A DNA stretch of 64,000 bases from NCBI GenBank assembly GCA_004764695.1, contig SMSO01000033.1, positions 930,001 to 994,000 of the forward strand. The letters are read 5' to 3'. Of this stretch, positions 57,752-64,000 are shown in pieces (within the stretch, counting starts at the first letter, position 1; the number at the start of each line of letters is the position of its first letter). This DNA comes from Schizochytrium sp. TIO01. Taxonomy: Eukaryota; Protista; Bigyra: Labyrinthulomycetes. Both the position numbers and the translations under genes were made by a program. The notes under the pieces were generated by a model. The model was given only the letters and a program-made list of their open reading frames with translations, did not search any database and was not told where the DNA came from.

Positions 57752-58673
57752 GGTGACGTGATAGAGTGCAACGCGTCAGTGCTGGCAGCGATTAAATGAG
57801 CTCGTTGCGTCACTTATGCGCGTGTCTGTCTGATAGCCGCTTTGGTGGATGTGTCTCGGGAACATAGACTTTGGGATACTTTGGGAGACAAGACTGTTGG
57901 GGCATAAAGGAAGGTGAGTGCTAGAGAAAAGGCTGAGAGGACATATAGGAAGGCGCAGGGGAGACCTGAGACTCAAGCTTGTTCTTTTCGTAGCTGATGG
58001 CGTAAAAAGAGCAGTGTTAGGGATTGAGGCAACAAATATTGGGGATGTGGCACAGCAAGAGACTTATTGAGAGAGACAAATTTGTTACGGCGTACGTAGT
58101 CAACCAGACCAAGATATGATACGAAGTGATTTCATGCAGGGACTTTCCTGGGAAGCCCACTCCGGAAAGACTAGCATTACTAGTATGGCTATTGCTAAGA
58201 CTGCATGAGAGAAGTCAAGAATCCGCGAAGGTCAAAATGGTGTTCAGATGTCCAAAGTATATGACGGAAACTGAGGAGGCTTGCAGCTGGCAAAGCTGCA
58301 TAGAAAATACAGTTGTGCTGATCAATGGGAACAAAGCTTTATCACCATAACAACCTTCTCTTAAGACCCATCAGGGAGATCTTACCATCATGATGCTGAC
58401 ATAGTAATTCCCCGTGTTCCCTAACAACCTCCAACGGCTACATTTAGTGCACACCCCAACTGCATATATATACTATTTGGTCATACATGATACCTCGTTT
58501 CTCTAAAGGATGAGGCAATTGAATAGAAGTGTTGTGATAGAAAACAATGCAATACACAGGGCAATTTAAGAGGTACTGACCGATATTTAACCTGGTAGAG
58601 CTACTTTGGGTTTATTGATTGGGTTCACCAAAAAAGCATATGCAAACAGCTTGAAGCTCTTCTCTAACTTATC

Positions 58674-61600
58674 ATGGACTGCTCACCTGCGCGCAAGGTT
58701 TGGGAAGAAAAACTTGCCGCAATCCTTGATGATCCTGAAACCTTCACGCTGCAAAGAAAACCTCGTTCAACTACTCCCGAGCGTGAATCCAGACAGGAGT
58801 CTGACAGGAAAGCGTATCAAAGAAAGGTTACTGCAGCCTTTGATGGAGAGGATGAATCAAAAGACGCTGATGACGCAGACTGGTGGGCGACAAGTACCAA
58901 CAACTCAGGATCGCTAGGGGCAGTAGTACAAAGAGTGAAGGCGGAAAGCCAACAACGAAATGAAGCTGTTAAATCTATGAACCAACTATTCCACGACACA
59001 AGGAAAGAGGCAAGAACTTCTTCCAAACTTGTGCAAGAGCTGTATGACAAACTTGAAGAAGTCTCACTGCATTACAACTCTCTACAAGAGGCAAGAGATG
59101 ATGACCATGCATCCATGCTTCCATATCAAAACAGACATTACTGCGCTTGAGCGCTGGAAACGCCAAACCAGTGCCAGTTTGCAAAACAACCGTGCCATCA
59201 CCGATGAACTTGCGTCAGTGTGCGAAACATTACGACAACGCGTTGAACACATTGCCAAGTCATGTTCCGCAAACTTTGCTAGAGATCAGTTACAGAGCAT
59301 TGTAGCTCAAATGCTAGACACCACCCACGTAGAATTTAGCGCTCATCTTCGAGATCAGAGTATGCGCATCTCAAGGGCCGAGGCAGATGCTGCATTCGCA
59401 CGAACATTTATTCAAGACCTTCCATCGCAAAACAGATCCTCTGTTGGTCCAACAGAACATGCAAGCGCAAGCCAGGAATATCGTGAATGGGTACAAAACC
59501 GGCTTGAGCTAATTGAAGCAAAATTACTTCAGCGTATCCACAATGTTGAAACTAATGCAACAGTCAGTCTTATGAAAGAGACTCAACATTTAGACGAGCG
59601 ACTTCACGACTGCCAGAAACAATATGTTTCTTTGATCTCGAAGACCTTTTCTATGCAGCCTCAACAAATGCAGACTCTCTCTTATCATTATCAACATCCG
59701 CAGCAATTCCAAGGTTCTCAGCGTCCAGCCGCAACATATGCAGCAAACGCAAGCGGTGCGCCGCCACCACCGCCTCCGCCGCCTCCCCCTTCCCAGCCCC
59801 TAGTAGTGGCCACAAACCCTGAGCTCATACAACGCATTGACCAAATCGATTTGCAACTCGCGGAGCACAATAGCCTTCTAAATATCTTGAATAAGCCCCA
59901 GGGAAACGTTGATCCTCCATCAACAATAAATGAGCAAATTGAAGGTGCTCGGGAGTCTATATTGAAGGAATGCAAAAGCCATATGGAAGATATGATTAGA
60001 TCAGAGACACAAAACTTATACGCGATAATTTCAGAACAAAAACACCAGATCGAGACACTTCAAGGGCGCCTTGATCAATATGAGGAAAAGAAACAAGACA
60101 ACATTCAGAATGCGCAGAATCTGCACGAAGCACTTGCTACAAGCAATGAGACCTTAGAAGGTCGAATCCATGAAGTCAAGCAAAGCTCAGAGACCAAGAT
60201 TTCAGATCTAAAACAAAGTTTGGAGTGCAAAGTGAGCAGCCTCACAGAGGAAATCAAAGCGATGAGTTTGACCTCCAAGACATCAACCGTGGACCTCCGT
60301 GTTGATCAACTAATGGCTGACGTTGGCAAGCTTGTCAATGATCTAAAACATATTAATGAGCGTATGGGCCGTGTTGAGCGCCAATGTAACACAACACAGA
60401 CCTTACAACGGAAAGCAAACAATGAGCATCAAGAGGCTCTTGCAAGAGCCCAGGAGCGTGCCAGCGGGAAAACTGCGAATAGTGCTGGGCTCATTCCTGA
60501 ACCAATCACAATGCCTGTAAGCCAAGCTAAGCCGGTGACTCCAAGCAACCCACGTACGTACTCTATTCCCCCTACCACAGGCAAACCAATGGCATCCCCT
60601 GTAGGCTCTCGTACACTTTCTCGTGAGAATAGTTCTACCAAGACACCAGAGCAGCTTGAAAGGGAGGCAAGGCGTCAAGAAGAGCTTGCTGCGGTGCGAA
60701 AGCGTCTCGAACAATTTGAGGCAAAATGGAAACAAAGCCAGGGCTCTCTTGGAGCCACTGCTACGGCAAATGCTGCATCACCAAGCCTCCAACAGCAGAA
60801 CCTACAGAAACGATTTCAACCTCCGCCTCCAAAAACACCACCTCCCCCGCATGCCATTAAAGTCCAGAACGTAGAAGGTCAGCGCCCTAGCACTGCGCCC
60901 CACATGAAGAGAACCGGTGCAGAGAGTTCCGCGCAGCTTGACAGAATTGCGCGTGCAAGAAAACAGGACGACGAGGACGGTGACGCACCAAGTGATGCTG
61001 ACTCTGACGAAGACAACGATTTTGCCAGGAATTCTTCTGAACTCGCTTATGGAGGTGCTTCGGATAACGAAGGTGAAGAGGAAGAAGTCAGTGATAGTGA
61101 AGCAAGCTCTGACGAAGCTTTTCGAAAGCCAACAACCTCGATGCTGATAAGCGACGATGACGAAGATGATGACATGAGCCGTTCTAACGACTTCGATGAA
61201 GCATCAGATAAACAGGAAGACGCAAGCAAGGGTGATGATAAAGAAGAAGAAGAAAATGATGACGATGAGGATGAGGAGGAGGATGATGATGATGATGAGG
61301 AGGAGGAGGAGGAGGATGAGTCGGGGACATCTGCTTCCGAAAGCAATAGTGAAGAATCGGATCATGAATTGGAGCAGGAAGATGACCACAAAGAAGAAGA
61401 TGATGGTGATGAAGTGGAGGAAGAGAGCCCGGCAACAAACTCCCCCCCTCCGGTTTCACCTGTGGTCCCTGTAGTAAAAACTTTGCCAAAGCCACCAAAT
61501 GGTACAGTTGCATGCCAATTTTGTAAACGTATTTTACCTGGGAAAAATACCGCTGCACTTCACGAAAAAGTATGTGACCGCCGCCCAGCCCAATGCAAAC

Positions 61601-62232
61601 AGTGCAATAAACTTATGCCAGCACCAGAGCTTCGTATGCATGAAAAGTGGTGCACAGCTACTCCAGCACCCACTTCGTCAGCAGTGGTAAACTCAGAAAG
61701 TGAAAATGGTGTTGATGTTGAAGTTAAATGCGAACACTGCGACGAAATGTTTCCTGCGAATGAAATGAACTCCCACCGACAAAACTGTGACTGGTTACCC
61801 TCAAAATGCCAATTTTGCAGTATGGTCATTATTCAACGAGATGTCCCAAAGCACGAGGCTAGATGCAGTAAAAACACCAACCGCGACGCTTCTTTGGGGG
61901 GGCGAGCAACATCAATGTTGTCACAGTTGAATTCTGGTGGCGCACATTTTGAAAGCTGGTCAACAGATCAGGTGATAGCCTGGTTGCGGTCAATCCCAGG
62001 CCTAGCGCCTGCCACAATCGCTTCTTTCAAAGAGCTACAGGTCGATGGAAATATGCTGGCAGAAGTTACCCCTCTCGACCTGCAAACGACTCTCAAGATT
62101 AATAGTGCACTTGATCGCAAACAAATCACATTTGCTCTAGAGAAGCTACGATCTTCCCACAAGGAGGCTAGAGACGGTGCATCTAATGTTGTCAACCAAC
62201 TCTTGGGTAACATTGTACCATCTTCTTATTAA
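58674..62232 (+). CDS. Coiled-coil / Pro-rich / acidic protein with four TRAF-type CxxC-H-C zinc fingers and a C-terminal SAM domain (~1185 aa if the +1 frameshift at ~59121 is bridged)
   Basis: ORF 58674..59150 (ATG) overlaps ORF 59029..62232; removing one base at ~59121 gives continuous DDDHASML-HIKTDITALERWK. Fingers CQFC..HEKVC, CKQC..HEKWC, CEHC..HRQNC, CQFC..HEARC. SAM motif WSTDQVIAWL...VDGNML...DL. Confidence 0.8.
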
Positions 62233-62470
62233 TATTTCAGTTAAACAATAACACCAAACGAGCAACAATATTTCCAATTTTTGTCAAAAGATGTATAAGC
62301 TGATGCAGTCTAATTTCTTGATTTTCTTCTTGATGAAATCGAATTACTAATTAGCTAACGTTAAAAACTATGGTTGCCTAGCTGGCCTAAAGCTCTCCAA
62401 ATAAATTAGAATAAATGGCTACTCTTCTTTCGTCTGCTGGCTTATGTCTTCCTTGATACTTTGCTCGAGG

Positions 62471-63589
62471 CTAGGAAGCGCTGGTAGCTTCGGTTTCTGT
62501 AGGCTTGCTCTCATTTGCGTCAGAGGCAAGAGATGAGATCTCGGTATTACCAGCACTAGTCGTTTCGGAGGGCAGAGCTTGTTGGCTTGTTACGTTAGAA
62601 GGAGGTACCGGAGCTGCAGGAGCAGATGGAAGCTGAGATTGCTCAGCGGGTGCATCTTGAGTAGCTGCAGCATTAAACGCCATTTGTGCTTCCTCCTGGG
62701 AAACACTAATCGCAAAGCCGCTTTCCTTGGGCATGACAATTGCACGAGCAGTCTTAGGAACAGGGTTTTCTGCTGTTGCTTCATCACCAAGCTTCCACTC
62801 AGGCCACCCTTCAGGTTCTGGGATAAGCTCCCAGTGAGGTTCAGGATATCTGTTGTCACCTTTGTTGAAGTCAAACACATTGCACCAATGGTTATGCTCA
62901 GGAATGAGCTTCGCCTTGGAAAAGTGTGCTGTCTGGTTAGAATATGACGCAGAATAGGGATAAAACCGCATTTTGGAGGAGGTTTCGACTACAGGTTCAG
63001 TCTTGGAATACAAAGAAACAGTACACGATTCACAGTCTCGGCAGCGAAATTGCTTACATGCAATGAAAAAGTGACAGTTCTTTGCATTACGCACAAAAAC
63101 AGACTCACTACTGGGTCCAATGAGGATCTTGCAGCCCGAAATACCGTCCAACAGTACCTGGTCCGAGTGGTCCATGAGCTGGACTTCACATTTGTCAAGC
63201 CCACTAATAGTGAAGGACTGTCCACAAATTTCGCCTTCCTTTTTCACCAAAGTCTCATTCTTACGGTCGCGGAACGAGTAAAATGTATCGCTAACATATT
63301 TACGATACTCACTGCGGTCCTGAAAAGTTTTGCCATCAGGTGCTGTAAATGTTTGCGAGGCCACCAATGGGCGAATGTTGAATCCCTTGACGCCATCCTT
63401 CTTATCACCGTCCTCAAACTCGACGCTGTAGGTGCCGTTGGCAGCATCGTAGCCAGTAATGGTGCCCTTGTAAAAGCTCTTCCAGCCTTTGACCTTGGCT
63501 TCTACCTTGGTTCCTGTGGCATAGGTCTGTGCCTTGTTTGATGTTGAACTCATCATGGGGAGTGGCGAGATCTTCTTGAGCATATTCAT
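62471..63589 (-). CDS. RP2: RP2/XRP2-like TBCC-domain protein (putative Arl3 GAP) with N-terminal Tudor-like domain, 372 aa
   Basis: TBCC beta-helix GQSFTISGLDKC...IGPSSESVFVRNAKNC...ACKQFRCRDC (retains the Q-x-R arginine-finger motif), EPVVETSSKMRF, NHWCNVFDFN. N-terminal GTKVEAKVKGWKSFYKGTITG...YSVEFEDGD is Tudor-like. Confidence 0.88.
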   Translation of the reverse strand: MNMLKKISPLPMMSSTSNKAQTYATGTKVEAKVKGWKSFYKGTITGYDAANGTYSVEFEDGDKKDGVKGFNIRPLVASQTFTAPDGKTFQDRSEYRKYVSDTFYSFRDRKNETLVKKEGEICGQSFTISGLDKCEVQLMDHSDQVLLDGISGCKILIGPSSESVFVRNAKNCHFFIACKQFRCRDCESCTVSLYSKTEPVVETSSKMRFYPYSASYSNQTAHFSKAKLIPEHNHWCNVFDFNKGDNRYPEPHWELIPEPEGWPEWKLGDEATAENPVPKTARAIVMPKESGFAISVSQEEAQMAFNAAATQDAPAEQSQLPSAPAAPVPPSNVTSQQALPSETTSAGNTEISSLASDANESKPTETEATSAS

Positions 63590-64000
63590 AATTTCTTAAA
63601 ATGTAGCGTCAAATTCACTTGCTTGAATGAGGTATCCTGGACTATTTGAGCAAAGCTGAGTCGTAGGTCTAAATTAGTGATTGAGGTTTGCGGATCAGGT
63701 TTGCTTGAGCGCACGCGCCTCGATGACATTGTCTTCTACTCTTCGTTTTTTAAACGTTGAGGTTTTGTTCTCAGAGGGTGTGTACTACTACTACCCAGCG
63801 GTTCTGACGAAATCCATATTACATTGATAGGTAGCTGGCCTGATTGCTCATTAGCTGAAAGTCACGCTTACGATACGTACTACTTCATACATTCTCTTTT
63901 ATTTTGTTTTCTTCAGTGTTTGGCGTGCTACGCCAGACATTGTGCGCTGTACTTTTCTCAAGGCAGCGATCTCAAACTTTTGTGAGATTTCCGTCACCAG

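Noticed and set aside
59042-59134. Small intron explaining the ZnF-SAM frame break
   Set aside because: GC-AG 59091-59134 gives the wrong frame. The frame-restoring GT options need poor donors or GAG acceptors and delete plausible coiled-coil sequence.
1-64000. tRNA, rRNA, snRNA or telomeric repeats
   Set aside because: No T-loop/cloverleaf, rRNA-like or TTAGGG-type arrays were seen by eye. A tRNAscan-SE/Infernal run is needed to exclude them formally.

Overview
Eukaryotic, intron-poor genomic DNA. The gene content (flagellar DM10 and RP2 genes, a stramenopile-type giant FN3 protein) and the microsatellite-rich intergenic DNA suggest a flagellated stramenopile protist such as a thraustochytrid; this is inference, not an identification. 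I can support nine protein-coding genes. (1) A giant secreted FN3/'EVQ'-repeat protein, more than 2125 aa, running off the left edge and absent from the ORF track. (2) An EFHC/Rib72-family DM10 + multi-EF-hand protein. (3) A two-exon SH3/coiled-coil gene. (4) A bacterial-type cyclase/KynB-like enzyme with a C-terminal TM helix. (5, 6) Two paralogous GPI-anchored proteins with divergent FN2-like modules. (7) An alpha/beta hydrolase. (8) A coiled-coil/TRAF-zinc-finger/SAM protein interrupted by a +1 frameshift. (9) A Tudor-like/RP2 (TBCC) fusion. About 40 kb is intergenic, including a ~23 kb gene-free stretch. The most notable observation is the nested architecture of the giant protein: FN3 domains are split by insertions in which the number of EVQ-like strands matches the number of inserted modules. 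Also notable are an EF-hand pair inserted inside a DM10 domain, and SSR-rich domains with recurring pyrimidine-to-purine AT islands that abut the 5' ends of the three surface-protein genes. I found no rRNA, tRNA or CRISPR array. All domain calls are by-eye motif recognition; no database searches were run.
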